Made by a program: the position numbers and the translations under genes
In this document: positions 46,803 through 56,543 of the stretch, in pieces
Layout of the letters: every line of letters starts with the position of its first letter
Numbering within the stretch: position 1 is the stretch's first letter
Notes under the pieces: generated by a model
What the model saw: the letters and a program-made list of their open reading frames with translations, nothing else
The model's database searches: none
Told to the model about the DNA's origin: nothing
IMG/VR virus record: IMGVR_UViG_2684622674_000004
Coordinates: 1 to 64,000 of that record
DNA from: a virus
Lineage: Duplodnaviria > Caudoviricetes
Direction: 5' to 3' (one strand)
Length of the DNA: 64,000 nucleotides

Positions 46803-49800
46803 ATGGCACGTAAACCAATTAAAGGCCGCAAAGGTGGGGGTAGCAATGCCACAACGCCAGTTGAGTCACCGGACAGTATTCAATCGACGGCAAGAGCTAA
46901 AATACTCATTGCTTTGGGTGAGGGGGAGTTCGCCGGAGGTTTGGATGGGACCAATATCTATCTGGACGGCACGCCTATAAAGAACCCTGACGGCACCAGC
47001 AATTTTACCGGGGTGACTTGGGAGTATCGGCCCGGAACGCAGGGTCAAGACTACATTCAGGGCATGCCAAATGTTGAGAATGAGATAACGGTTAATACAG
47101 AACTAAAATCAGATACGCCGTGGGTTCGCTCCGTCACAAATACCCAGTTATCTGCTACGCGTATTCGCCTTGGATGGCCCTCATTGCAGCGTCAGGCGGA
47201 TAATGGTGATGTTGGCGGTTACCGCATTGAATATGCGATTGATGTGTCGACCGATGGCGGAGCTTACTCGACGCTACTCAATACAGCGATAGATGGGAAA
47301 ACAACAACGCTGTATGAGCGCTCTCATCGAATCAATTTGCCTAAAGCTACTACAGGTTGGCAGATCCGCTCTCGTCGCATTACCGCTAATGCTAACTCTG
47401 GACGCATTGCCGATAAGATGAATGTTGAGGCTATTTCTGAAGTCATCGATGCAAAGTTACGTTATCCAAACACCGCACTTCTCTATATCGAATTTGACGC
47501 GACTCAATTTCAGAATATCCCGGTTATTTCGTGTGAGCCAAAAGGTCGGATCATTCGTGTACCAACGACATATGACCCGGAAACGCGTACTTATTCAGGC
47601 GTATGGGATGGCTCATTTAAATGGGCCTACACCAACAACCCAGCATGGGTGTTTTACGACATCGCATTAGCCGAACGATTTGGCCTTGGTCGTCGAGTTG
47701 AGATGAGCCAAGTAGATAAGTGGGAACTGTACAGCATCAGCCAATACTGCGATCAACCTGTTCCAGATGGGCGCGGTGGTAGTGGCACTGAGCCTCGCTT
47801 TACCTGCGATGTGTATATTCAGTCTCAGGCTGAGGCTTTCACTGTATTGCGCGACTTGGCTGCCATTTTCCGTGGCATGACCTATTGGGGCAATAATCAA
47901 CTTTGTGCTTTGGCAGATATGCCACGTGATGTGGATTACATATTCACGCGCGCCAACGTTATTGACGGACGTTTCACTTACGGCGGCGGTTCTGAGAAGA
48001 AGCGATATACCACGGCGATGGTGAGCTGGAGTGACCCCGCAAACAACTTTCAGGATGCAATCGAGGCAGTCTCAGATAACGACTTGGTTCGTCGCTACGG
48101 TGTCAATCAGCTTGATATGACAGCTATCGGCTGCATCCGGCAAACTGAGGCGAATAGGCGTGGACGCTGGGCGCTGCTGACGAACAGCAAAGACCGAACG
48201 GTGAATTTTAATGTTGGGTTAGATGGGGCCATTCCGCTGCCCGGTCATATCATTGGCGTTGCGGATGATATGCTGTCCGGACGGAAGATGGGTGGGCGCA
48301 TTAGCTCAGTATCGGGCCGCAATATCACGCTTGATCGCGTGGCTGATGTAAAAGCGGGGGATCGGTTGCTCATTAACTTGCCGAGCGGTGTAGCTCAGGG
48401 AAGAACGGTGCAGACGGTAAGCGGGAAGATGGTCACTGTTACCACAGCTTATAGTGAAACACCTGAGGCAGAGGGAGGCTGGTCTATCGATGCAGATGAC
48501 TTGGCTATCCAGCAATATAGAGTTACTGGAATTTCTGATAACGACGATAACACCTACTCAATTTCTGCTGTTCAGCATGATCCGGATAAATATGAACGAA
48601 TTGATACAGGCGCTCGGATTGATGAAAGACCCATCAGTGTCATACCTCCCGGCGTCCAGCCGCCACCGACAAATGTTGCTATCGATAGCTTCTCAGCGCT
48701 TTCACAAGGACTCGCAGTAACCACCCTACGTGTTACGTGGGAACCAGCAGCCAGCGCGATAGCATACGAGGCCGAGTGGCGACGTGATAACGGAAACTGG
48801 ATATCAGCTCCGCGCACATCAGCTCAGGGATTTCAGGTTGAAGGTATTTATGCCGGACAATATCAGGCTCGCGTTCGTGCTATTAACCCCTCCGAGATAT
48901 CCAGTATCTGGGCTAATGCTCAGGAAACCACATTAAACGGCAAAGAGGGAAATCCTCCAATGCCAGTGGGTTTTGCGGCCACAGGCATTCTCTTTGGCAT
49001 CACCTTAAACTGGGGTTACCCGGAAGGTGCTGAGGATGCGCTAAAAACCGAGATTGAATATAGCCTGTCTGCTAATGGTACTGACGCCATGTTGTTGAGT
49101 GATGTACCTCATCCACAGCGGAACTACACTATGCAGGGGTTAAGGGCAGGGCAGGTGTTCTGGTTCCGCGCGCGGATAGTAGATAAATCCGGTAATCAGT
49201 CTCCGTGGATAGATTGGGTTCGTGGCATGTCCAGCACTGACACAAGCGCTATTCTCGAAGCTATTGGTGATGATTTCATTAATAACACCGTGGCGGGTCA
49301 GCAACTGCTTAACGATGATTTTATGAATGCCGAAGGTATTCTCGAAACAGCAAAGGCCAATAACGCCAGCATCTGGCAGCAGTGGGCGCAATACGGAGAG
49401 AATAAAGCCGGTGTTATCCACTTAACGACCACGGTTGCCGATGCTGAAAGAGCATTTGCTGAGTTTGAAACCCTTGTTACAGCAACATTTGAAGACCAGA
49501 CCGCAGCGATAGACCAAAAAATGACGGCCGTTGTTGATGCTGATGGTGCTAGCGCAACATACAGCTTAAGAGCTGGTCTGAATTACAACGGTCAGTTTGT
49601 TAGTGCTGGCATGGTCATTGGCGCTGAGTTTATTAATGGGGTCGCTAAGGCGTCGATAGGATTTAATGCTGATAGCTTCATCTTGTTAAGCGGACCAGAG
49701 GGAAATAAATTCTCTCCTTGGGCTGTTGTAAATGGTCAAACATTTATCGCAAATGGGTTTATTCAAGATGGCTCTATTACTAATGCCAAAATAGGTAACT

Positions 49801-50003
49801 ATATTCAGTCAGAGAATTTTGTTGCTGGATCAGTTGGGTGGTCAATAAATAAAAATGGCAATGCTGAATTTAATAATGCAACGTTCAGAGGTAATGTGAC
49901 TATGGATAACACTACAAATGGAATTAGGACAGTTATTAATTATCTCGGTCAGCGAACGTATCATGCCAATGGTCAGGCGGCGATAATAATAGGGTATTTC
50001 TAA
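46803..50003 (+). CDS. Host specificity / tail tip protein J
   Basis: LGEGE, LRYPNTA, FN3 repeats, DUF1983-like IQDGSITNAKIG. Confidence 0.95.
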   Translation: MARKPIKGRKGGGSNATTPVESPDSIQSTARAKILIALGEGEFAGGLDGTNIYLDGTPIKNPDGTSNFTGVTWEYRPGTQGQDYIQGMPNVENEITVNTELKSDTPWVRSVTNTQLSATRIRLGWPSLQRQADNGDVGGYRIEYAIDVSTDGGAYSTLLNTAIDGKTTTLYERSHRINLPKATTGWQIRSRRITANANSGRIADKMNVEAISEVIDAKLRYPNTALLYIEFDATQFQNIPVISCEPKGRIIRVPTTYDPETRTYSGVWDGSFKWAYTNNPAWVFYDIALAERFGLGRRVEMSQVDKWELYSISQYCDQPVPDGRGGSGTEPRFTCDVYIQSQAEAFTVLRDLAAIFRGMTYWGNNQLCALADMPRDVDYIFTRANVIDGRFTYGGGSEKKRYTTAMVSWSDPANNFQDAIEAVSDNDLVRRYGVNQLDMTAIGCIRQTEANRRGRWALLTNSKDRTVNFNVGLDGAIPLPGHIIGVADDMLSGRKMGGRISSVSGRNITLDRVADVKAGDRLLINLPSGVAQGRTVQTVSGKMVTVTTAYSETPEAEGGWSIDADDLAIQQYRVTGISDNDDNTYSISAVQHDPDKYERIDTGARIDERPISVIPPGVQPPPTNVAIDSFSALSQGLAVTTLRVTWEPAASAIAYEAEWRRDNGNWISAPRTSAQGFQVEGIYAGQYQARVRAINPSEISSIWANAQETTLNGKEGNPPMPVGFAATGILFGITLNWGYPEGAEDALKTEIEYSLSANGTDAMLLSDVPHPQRNYTMQGLRAGQVFWFRARIVDKSGNQSPWIDWVRGMSSTDTSAILEAIGDDFINNTVAGQQLLNDDFMNAEGILETAKANNASIWQQWAQYGENKAGVIHLTTTVADAERAFAEFETLVTATFEDQTAAIDQKMTAVVDADGASATYSLRAGLNYNGQFVSAGMVIGAEFINGVAKASIGFNADSFILLSGPEGNKFSPWAVVNGQTFIANGFIQDGSITNAKIGNYIQSENFVAGSVGWSINKNGNAEFNNATFRGNVTMDNTTNGIRTVINYLGQRTYHANGQAAIIIGYF

Positions 50004-51001
50004 TGGCTGAGCCTATTTTATATATTTCCCCTAGTGATGGTGGGAAGGGTATTTACATGACATCAGGAACCCGGCTACTCAAGTTTCTGGGTAATTATGA
50101 TACATTGGGAACGGGAAATCCGCCGTCAATCATACTGAATGGCTACACTGGAGGTCAGCTATATCTGGTTCCAACTTCGTTTGGAGGAGTTTCCATCCCA
50201 GCAGGGTCGGCTAGCGCATATGCGTGGTACGTCACCGGGTATTCAATGAGTGGTAATCGTATCACCTTTACCACTTCAAATAATAATATGGGGTGGGCGA
50301 CATTTTCAGCTTTTGAAATTCCAAACTCACCAGCATTCGGCACTTACGGATTATTTCTGCAAAATTCGGCTAATTTCATGGCTATATCTGATGCGTCGGT
50401 ATTGGGTTTTTGCACATGGAGAGGGCAGGTAACTATATCGTCAGATTGGCAAGTCCCTGCTGGAATTCCGAACCGAGATAACGCTATTGTATTTGCTAAC
50501 TGGGCTGATCCTAATGTGTCGTTATTGTATGACGCCCCAAGTAAGAATATCCACTGCTTTGCTATAAACTCTACAGGTTCAACAGGCAATGGATCTGTTG
50601 TTGCGAATGTTTGCATTTTTACCACGGGTTTCTTCCCCGAGCCACCAAGCCCCGGTACTGCTGGACTTGCTATATTCAATACCTCAGGACAATGTACGTT
50701 CTCATCTCGATACCCACCTTTAATATTGGCTAATACAACTCAATTGAGTTCTACGCCTAACGCGTGGGTGGACACCGTAATAGCCAGACCCATGATCCCC
50801 TTACCCAGCCTTGGGGGTCTCCCTGCGGGGAATGAGCAAAGTGGAGGTTACAGAGGTTGGTATCGCACCGCTATGCGGATGTCTGGTTCTAGCATCACAG
50901 CTGGCCAAGGCGCTTATGTAAATAGCGTACCGATTAATGACAATAAATATGGTAATAGCCCACTGGCTTTACCCATATTGAATACAGATACTTACTTTTA
51001 A
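50003..51001 (+). CDS. Tail-tip accessory protein
   Basis: YGLFLQN and GLAIFNTSGQCTFSS repeats typical of genes after J. Confidence 0.7.
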   Translation: MAEPILYISPSDGGKGIYMTSGTRLLKFLGNYDTLGTGNPPSIILNGYTGGQLYLVPTSFGGVSIPAGSASAYAWYVTGYSMSGNRITFTTSNNNMGWATFSAFEIPNSPAFGTYGLFLQNSANFMAISDASVLGFCTWRGQVTISSDWQVPAGIPNRDNAIVFANWADPNVSLLYDAPSKNIHCFAINSTGSTGNGSVVANVCIFTTGFFPEPPSPGTAGLAIFNTSGQCTFSSRYPPLILANTTQLSSTPNAWVDTVIARPMIPLPSLGGLPAGNEQSGGYRGWYRTAMRMSGSSITAGQGAYVNSVPINDNKYGNSPLALPILNTDTYF

Positions 51002-51020
51002 AATCAATAGGAATGTAACT

Positions 51021-52202
51021 ATGGCTTGGTATAGGTCAGGTACGGTCACGGCTACGGCCGGACAAAATGTAATCACGGGAACGGGAACTCAATGGGCTAA
51101 TAACGTAATGGGGGTAGCCCCAGGACAGGCGCTAATTGTGCCACGGCCTGACGGAAATACATTAATCTATGAAATACTGGCAGTAGATAGTGATACCAAA
51201 ATAAGAATTAACGGGAATGTAGTTGATGCATTAACTTCATCTAATTATGGAATTCAAACAAGTGTATCTAATTCATATTCGGCGCTAGCACGTGAAACAT
51301 CAGCTCAATTAGCTTTGTATCAGCAACTATTACAAGACTGGCAACAGATAACTACTGGAACGGGTAATATCACCATTATAGCACCAGATGGTACTGAGGT
51401 TGTTATTCCTTCATTGGCTCAATTATCACAAGATATAAGTAATAAAATTAGCCAACAGCAATTATCTGTGATTGGTATTGGATTGCTGAATCAGTCCGAT
51501 ATTGCCAATTTCGATTGGCAAAACTTTGTATTCACGGCAGGTGCTAATTACGTCACTACCTATAACACATGGGTAAATCCTCCAGCAGGAATAACCTATA
51601 ACGCAGGCACTCGCGTAAGCATTCGAGTGATTTATATTTCTAATATCGCTGCTGGGCCTAGAATGGGATTAGAAATAACGCCAGATACCAACTCAGCAGC
51701 TAACTTTAAAGTTTATAAACTGCTGTGTGTAGGGGCGGCAGGTTCAAGGGTATTTACTTTTAATCAAGATTGGAACTCAGCTATACCCATACCTATCACC
51801 GGCGGGGGGACTGGCGCAACTACTTTAGCAGGTGCTCAATCTGCGCTTGGAATAGTTACTGATGCTTTCGGTGCCGGCCAGGTTAGTGGAACACCTTGGG
51901 TGAATATGACGTTATATAATGGCTGGACAGTTCTTGGCGCGAATAATAGATGTCGGTATAGAAAAGTGCTTGGAATGGTGTTTATGGAATTTGCTGCTGC
52001 GGGAGGAACTGTTTCTACTATCACTACCTTACCTGTCGGATACCGCCCATTAGTCAGTGTTATTGCTCCTGCTGTTGGGACTCCCGCCTCAATTTCCAGC
52101 ATATCTCCTCGACTAACAATTGACGCCGCTGGCGGAGTTACTGCTGATGGTTATGCGGCAGGTTCTCCAATTACCGCTGTTTTTTGTTTCTCATTGCAAT
52201 AG
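51021..52202 (+). CDS. Side tail fibre / receptor-binding protein
   Basis: WYRSGTV anchor, GGTGATT, C-terminal TLPVGYRP head. Confidence 0.85.
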   Translation: MAWYRSGTVTATAGQNVITGTGTQWANNVMGVAPGQALIVPRPDGNTLIYEILAVDSDTKIRINGNVVDALTSSNYGIQTSVSNSYSALARETSAQLALYQQLLQDWQQITTGTGNITIIAPDGTEVVIPSLAQLSQDISNKISQQQLSVIGIGLLNQSDIANFDWQNFVFTAGANYVTTYNTWVNPPAGITYNAGTRVSIRVIYISNIAAGPRMGLEITPDTNSAANFKVYKLLCVGAAGSRVFTFNQDWNSAIPIPITGGGTGATTLAGAQSALGIVTDAFGAGQVSGTPWVNMTLYNGWTVLGANNRCRYRKVLGMVFMEFAAAGGTVSTITTLPVGYRPLVSVIAPAVGTPASISSISPRLTIDAAGGVTADGYAAGSPITAVFCFSLQ

Positions 52203-52210
52203 GATTACTC

Positions 52211-52651
52211 ATGAAATTAAATATTTTAGATGTCCAAGGGTTTTATATTGGTGATTATGTAGAAGGTGACTTGCCTGATAACTGGACGTCAGATTTGCTG
52301 GGTAATGGCTACTATAAAGCCCAGTATCAGGGGGCAGTTAAGAACGATGAAACAGGTGAATGGACAGTCGGGAAATGGGTGGAAACTAGCGGCCCATCAC
52401 CTGAAGATATCGAGAAAGTAAAAGAGTCACTTATTGCCGCTGCAAACGCAGAAAAAACAACACTCATGTCTCATGCGTCCGTCATGATCGGCGCATTATC
52501 AGATGAAATTGAGGGACTGGAAGATAACGATGATGTTGTGCCGGATAAACTGCGCACTGATTTGAAAGCGTGGAAGCAATATCGAGTTAAGGTGAAAAAC
52601 GTCGATGTTTCACTTGTGCCGGATATTGAGTGGCCGACAGCGCCGGAGTGA
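52211..52651 (+). CDS. tfa: Tail fibre assembly chaperone
   Basis: LKAWKQYRV...DIEWPTAPE. Confidence 0.88.
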   Translation: MKLNILDVQGFYIGDYVEGDLPDNWTSDLLGNGYYKAQYQGAVKNDETGEWTVGKWVETSGPSPEDIEKVKESLIAAANAEKTTLMSHASVMIGALSDEIEGLEDNDDVVPDKLRTDLKAWKQYRVKVKNVDVSLVPDIEWPTAPE

Positions 52652-52693
52652 TGGGAGGGCAGGGATGCCTATGAGGTGGGGGTGGGGCGGAAA

Positions 52694-52754
52694 TGGGACG
52701 TTGAGTCTAATTTACTGTAATCATGTTTAACCAAGTTTGCGCAAGTTGGGACGT
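52694..52754 (+). promoter_or_regulatory. Probable integrase arm-type sites
   Basis: TGGGACGT at 52694 and 52747, also at 46-53 near the other prophage end. Confidence 0.6.
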
Positions 52755-52806
52755 GTGATCGACGGCTGGCGCGGTATCTAGTTGGTTTTAAAGGTAGATC
52801 TAGGAA

Positions 52807-52851
52807 CTTCTAAGCCGTAGGTCACAGGTTCGAGCCCTGTAGGGCGTACCA
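52807..52851 (+). other. att core: 3' half of tRNA-Arg(UCU); prophage attR and probable satellite attL
   Basis: CTTCTAA anticodon loop, GGTTCGAGCC T-arm, CCA end; no 5' half upstream. Confidence 0.9.
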
Positions 52852-52964
52852 TCTATACTTCTTCTGCCGTCTATCTAAGTCTACTAATCCCTTATATAAT
52901 CAGCCTCTCTGACAATTCCTAGCATCCCAACGTCTACCTACATCCACTGCAATCAACAACAAAG

Positions 52965-53015
52965 TGGGGGTACTATTGGGGGTATGTCTAGGTTCAATGA
53001 AGTGAGATACCCCCA
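52965..53015. promoter_or_regulatory. GGGGGTA repeats, probable P4-type integrase arm sites
   Basis: TGGGGGTA twice plus inverted TACCCCCA before int. Confidence 0.6.
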
Positions 53016-53016
53016 C

Positions 53017-54204
53017 ATGAAATTGAACGCCCGACAAGTCGATACGGCAAAGCCAAAAGAGAAACCTTATAAGCTATCTGATGGCGGTGGATTATTTTTG
53101 TTAGTCAAAACTACTGGTTCACGTTGTTGGCGGCTGAAATATCGGATCGCCGGTAAAGAAAAATTGCTAGCATTTGGGGTCTATCCTGATATCACTCTTG
53201 CTGAAGCTAGAGCAAAAAGAGATGAGGCTAAGCGTATACTTGCAGTGGGCGGCGACCCTGGTGAAGAAAAAAAAGTAGAAAAACAAACCAGAAAAGTCAG
53301 CATTGATAACACGTTCGAAGCTCTTGCCAGAGAATGGCATGCCTATAAAAGGCCCAATTGGTCCAAAGGTTATGCTGATGATTTAATGGAGTCGTTCGAA
53401 AAAGACATATTCCCTTACGTTGGTAAACGTCCAATTGCCGAAATCAAACCTCTAGAAATTCTCGAAACCCTACGCAAGTTAGAAAAGCGCGGCGTCCTCG
53501 ATAAAATGCGTAAGATCCGTCAGGCATGCAGCCAAACTTTCCGTTATGCAATCGTAACTGGCAGAGCAGAGAACAATCCAGCAAGTGAACTAGCTGGCGC
53601 TCTGGCTGTTCAGAAGCATACACATTACCCCCACCTCTTAGCGAACGAGCTTCCCGCATACCTTAATGCTCTCAACGCCTATAGCGGCAGTACAGTCACT
53701 CGAATAGCAACACGGCTCCTTATGCTTACCGGTGTTCGTACAACTGAACTACGGGCTGCTGAGTGGCTAGAATTTGACTTGGACAAAGCCGTCTGGGAAG
53801 TTCCCACCGCCAGAATGAAAATGCGTCGTCCTCACTTGGTTCCCTTGTCAGAGCAAGTTTTGGCATTACTGCGTCAATTACATGAGATTACTGGGCGATT
53901 TAAACTGGTATTCCCCGGTCGTAATGACAGCTTAAAGCCAATGAGCGAAGCCAGTATTAATCAGGTCATAAAACGTATTGGTTATCATGGTAAAGCCACT
54001 GGTCACGGTTTTCGGCACACTATGAGCACCATTTTGCATGAGCAGGGGTTTAATACTGCGTGGATAGAAACACAGTTGGCCCACGTGGATAAAAACAGCA
54101 TTCGTGGTACTTACAATCACGCCCAGTATCTGGATGGCCGCAGGGAAATGCTTCAGTGGTATGCCGACTATATGGATTGCAGAGAACGTCAGTCGAAAGA
54201 TTAG
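53017..54204 (+). CDS. P4-family tyrosine integrase
   Basis: KPYKLSDGGGL, TGVR, HGFRH, QLAH, YNHA. Confidence 0.95.
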   Translation: MKLNARQVDTAKPKEKPYKLSDGGGLFLLVKTTGSRCWRLKYRIAGKEKLLAFGVYPDITLAEARAKRDEAKRILAVGGDPGEEKKVEKQTRKVSIDNTFEALAREWHAYKRPNWSKGYADDLMESFEKDIFPYVGKRPIAEIKPLEILETLRKLEKRGVLDKMRKIRQACSQTFRYAIVTGRAENNPASELAGALAVQKHTHYPHLLANELPAYLNALNAYSGSTVTRIATRLLMLTGVRTTELRAAEWLEFDLDKAVWEVPTARMKMRRPHLVPLSEQVLALLRQLHEITGRFKLVFPGRNDSLKPMSEASINQVIKRIGYHGKATGHGFRHTMSTILHEQGFNTAWIETQLAHVDKNSIRGTYNHAQYLDGRREMLQWYADYMDCRERQSKD

Positions 54205-54241
54205 TTATTAGGTAAAACTCTTCCGTGAGGAATAAAAAAGG

Positions 54242-54350
54242 GTCGGTTCAGTAGGTTCAGTCGGTTCAATATTTTAGTTTGTTGATTTATAGGTTAATTA
54301 ATTCATTTTTTGAACCGACCCTGAACCGACTTTAGGCCATTTGAACCGAC
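54242..54350. repeat. Inverted iteron cluster, probable satellite origin
   Basis: 3x GT(C/A)GGTTCA, AT-rich 42 bp, 3x TGAACCGAC. Confidence 0.75.
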
Positions 54351-54618
54351 CCTAATCGCGTTATCTCCCGAAAACCTGGCTTTTTCTCAGCTAAATCACC
54401 CTAAATATGCCATTGATCAGCTGAAATTGTTCACCACAGTTTGATGTGAAAATGTGAAGTGATGCTGTGCATCGATAGGGTGGGTGCTGGACGAGTATAC
54501 AGTGGTGATTTATAGTAGACCTCAAGAGAATAAGGCTATGCCTAGGCTGATCCCCGAAAACCAGTGCACCTCTACTGGCTGGCATAGTTCCCAGACTAAT
54601 GAGGGTATGAGGTGGTGT

Positions 54619-55500
54619 ATGGGGAAGGCGATAAAAAAAGAACTATCGTGGTTCAATATGAAAAATTATGCGTTTTTGCATAACTTAACGTTAATGGACC
54701 TGATTAAAGAACTGGAGTGGAGAGATTTTTTATTCCGTCACCTAGATGATGACTCGGATATTTTTGAGCATGAATATGAAATAAAATATAATAGGATTTT
54801 CAGTGGTGACCCTAATATTGAAGTCCTTAGCCAAGAAGAGTTGGAGACTGAGGAGCTAATTCACCACATAGGCGAACAGGCCCCTTCTTTAAGAAATATG
54901 TATGGAGAGTTACCGAGACTCTCTTCAAGAGAGGGAGTGAGTCCAGTTACATTCACGGAACTATCTATGTACTCGTTTGCTGCTATTAAGCAGGGATTTT
55001 TTAAAAGAGATGAAGAAAATACCTACATAAAATCTAATGCGATGCTTGCAAGTGTTACTGGTAATATTGATGCTTGTTTTAGTAATAGTGTTCTAACTTC
55101 AATTGATTTGGATGATGCCACTGATGATGAAATTATCACTAGTATGATGCATCTCCTCCCTCTATGGAGGGCTCAGTTATCTCTCCCTGAAAAAGACCAT
55201 GTGGCACCAAAAAGAATTGGTGTAAAAACGTTGCAAAAACTAATTTCTAACAGGGTTATTCCCATACTTGATCTACTTCTCTGGGGCAAAGTGTTCGGTA
55301 AAGAAATAACCAATCCTATGATATCTTTACTAGTTTTTGATGATGACCCTAAGGACACTCAAGCGATAAAAGAGTCTATAAAGCCATTTGCACTAGAGGC
55401 AATGGGAGATAAATATACTCGCCTACTTCGCTTGCATATTAATAAAGATAAAGAGCTAGTCTCGACAAAAATTTCAGAACTAATGCGTAGAGATTTGTAA
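54619..55500 (+). CDS. Hypothetical protein between int and alpA (DUF6387-like)
   Basis: WF....Y start, IDL.ATD.EI, VIPILDLLLW; AT-rich. Confidence 0.7.
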   Translation: MGKAIKKELSWFNMKNYAFLHNLTLMDLIKELEWRDFLFRHLDDDSDIFEHEYEIKYNRIFSGDPNIEVLSQEELETEELIHHIGEQAPSLRNMYGELPRLSSREGVSPVTFTELSMYSFAAIKQGFFKRDEENTYIKSNAMLASVTGNIDACFSNSVLTSIDLDDATDDEIITSMMHLLPLWRAQLSLPEKDHVAPKRIGVKTLQKLISNRVIPILDLLLWGKVFGKEITNPMISLLVFDDDPKDTQAIKESIKPFALEAMGDKYTRLLRLHINKDKELVSTKISELMRRDL

Positions 55501-55696
55501 TGAGAAAAAATCTACGAATTTAGATTTAATTAAAAATCGAGGTTTTTTCATGAATGTTTTTTCTAATGAAAATAAATGAATAAATCTCGAAGTAAATTAT
55601 TTTTTTAATTTCAGCTTATTATATTTTTTCTTGTGATTAAAGTATCTCCTGTACACCAAGGTATATAACCGACCATTACTGAAAACAGGGGTTATT

Positions 55697-55894
55697 ATGT
55701 CACAATCACTTATCCGCCTATCAGAAGTCCAACGCCGCACTGGTTATAGTAAGGCTTGGCTTTACCGCCTTATCAGCCAGAATCGATTTCCTCAATCGAT
55801 TAAAATCGGCACCCGTTCTATTGCCTTCGTTGAAAGCGAAATTGACGAGTGGATCAACCAACGCATCGCTGAATCCCGCAAAGAGGTCGCCTAA
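55697..55894 (+). CDS. alpA: AlpA-family regulator / excisionase
   Basis: LIRLSEVQRRTGYSKAWLYRLI..FP..IKIG.RSIAFVESEIDEW. Confidence 0.93.
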   Translation: MSQSLIRLSEVQRRTGYSKAWLYRLISQNRFPQSIKIGTRSIAFVESEIDEWINQRIAESRKEVA

Positions 55895-56002
55895 TTAAGC
55901 ATATAGGGTGTGCATTTGTTGCGAGTATTTGCGTTAGGTTTAATCCAACATTTGATTTGCGTCGCTACAGACACCAAACGATTTAACGAAGGGTAATTCA
56001 AC

Positions 56003-56515
56003 ATGAAAAAATTAAATGCCTTAATTGGCAGCACCCAAACTCAGCCTAAAATAGTACTCAGCGGTATTAACGTTAATGGCTTGCCTATCGAGTTTGTAGA
56101 TCAATGGACAGAGTATTGGACTAAGCAGAGTTTCGCTATTTCTGTCCCTGCCAATATTCGTCGCCAGTATTATCCCGATGATTCAGCGTTCAGTGTAGCC
56201 ATGCACAAAGCTGGCTATGTGCCGGTTCGTACTCGGAAGCTGACAGGGAAAGACGGACGATTCTGGTTGTATCGAGTAACCGGCAAAGATAAGGGGGTTG
56301 TCGCACCAGTTCCCGCTAATAGCAAGGCTTGTGGCCTATTTGTGCAGGTGTCACATAAGCCTCGATATGGTTATAACGAGGTCGCTTTAGATGGAAAATT
56401 ACTTCATGTATACGGTGACCACATCCGCTTACTGACTAAAAAGCGGGTTCGTGTGAATGGTAAGCAGGTTCAGGGCTACACAGCTAAAGGCCTGCGTGTG
56501 GAGGTGGTGGCATGA
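56003..56515 (+). CDS. Hypothetical satellite protein
   Basis: 170-aa ORF after alpA. Confidence 0.6.
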   Translation: MKKLNALIGSTQTQPKIVLSGINVNGLPIEFVDQWTEYWTKQSFAISVPANIRRQYYPDDSAFSVAMHKAGYVPVRTRKLTGKDGRFWLYRVTGKDKGVVAPVPANSKACGLFVQVSHKPRYGYNEVALDGKLLHVYGDHIRLLTKKRVRVNGKQVQGYTAKGLRVEVVA

Positions 56516-56543
56516 TGCCCACAACTCAAGCCGCCACCCTGAA

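Larger units (their letters stand above)
1..52851. mobile_element. Lambdoid (siphovirus) prophage integrated at tRNA-Arg(UCU); attL lies just outside the left edge
   Basis: Canonical order int-xis-early left-N-cI-cro-cII-O-P-nin-Q-lysis-head-tail-fibre, ending in a tRNA 3' duplication. Confidence 0.95.

Noticed and set aside
46803-52651. Diversity-generating retroelement or invertible fibre cassette
   Set aside because: No reverse transcriptase, invertase, template/variable repeat pair or inverted fibre copy seen.
52760-52851. Intact tRNA gene
   Set aside because: The 5' acceptor strand and D-arm are missing; only the 3' half is present, so it is an att site.
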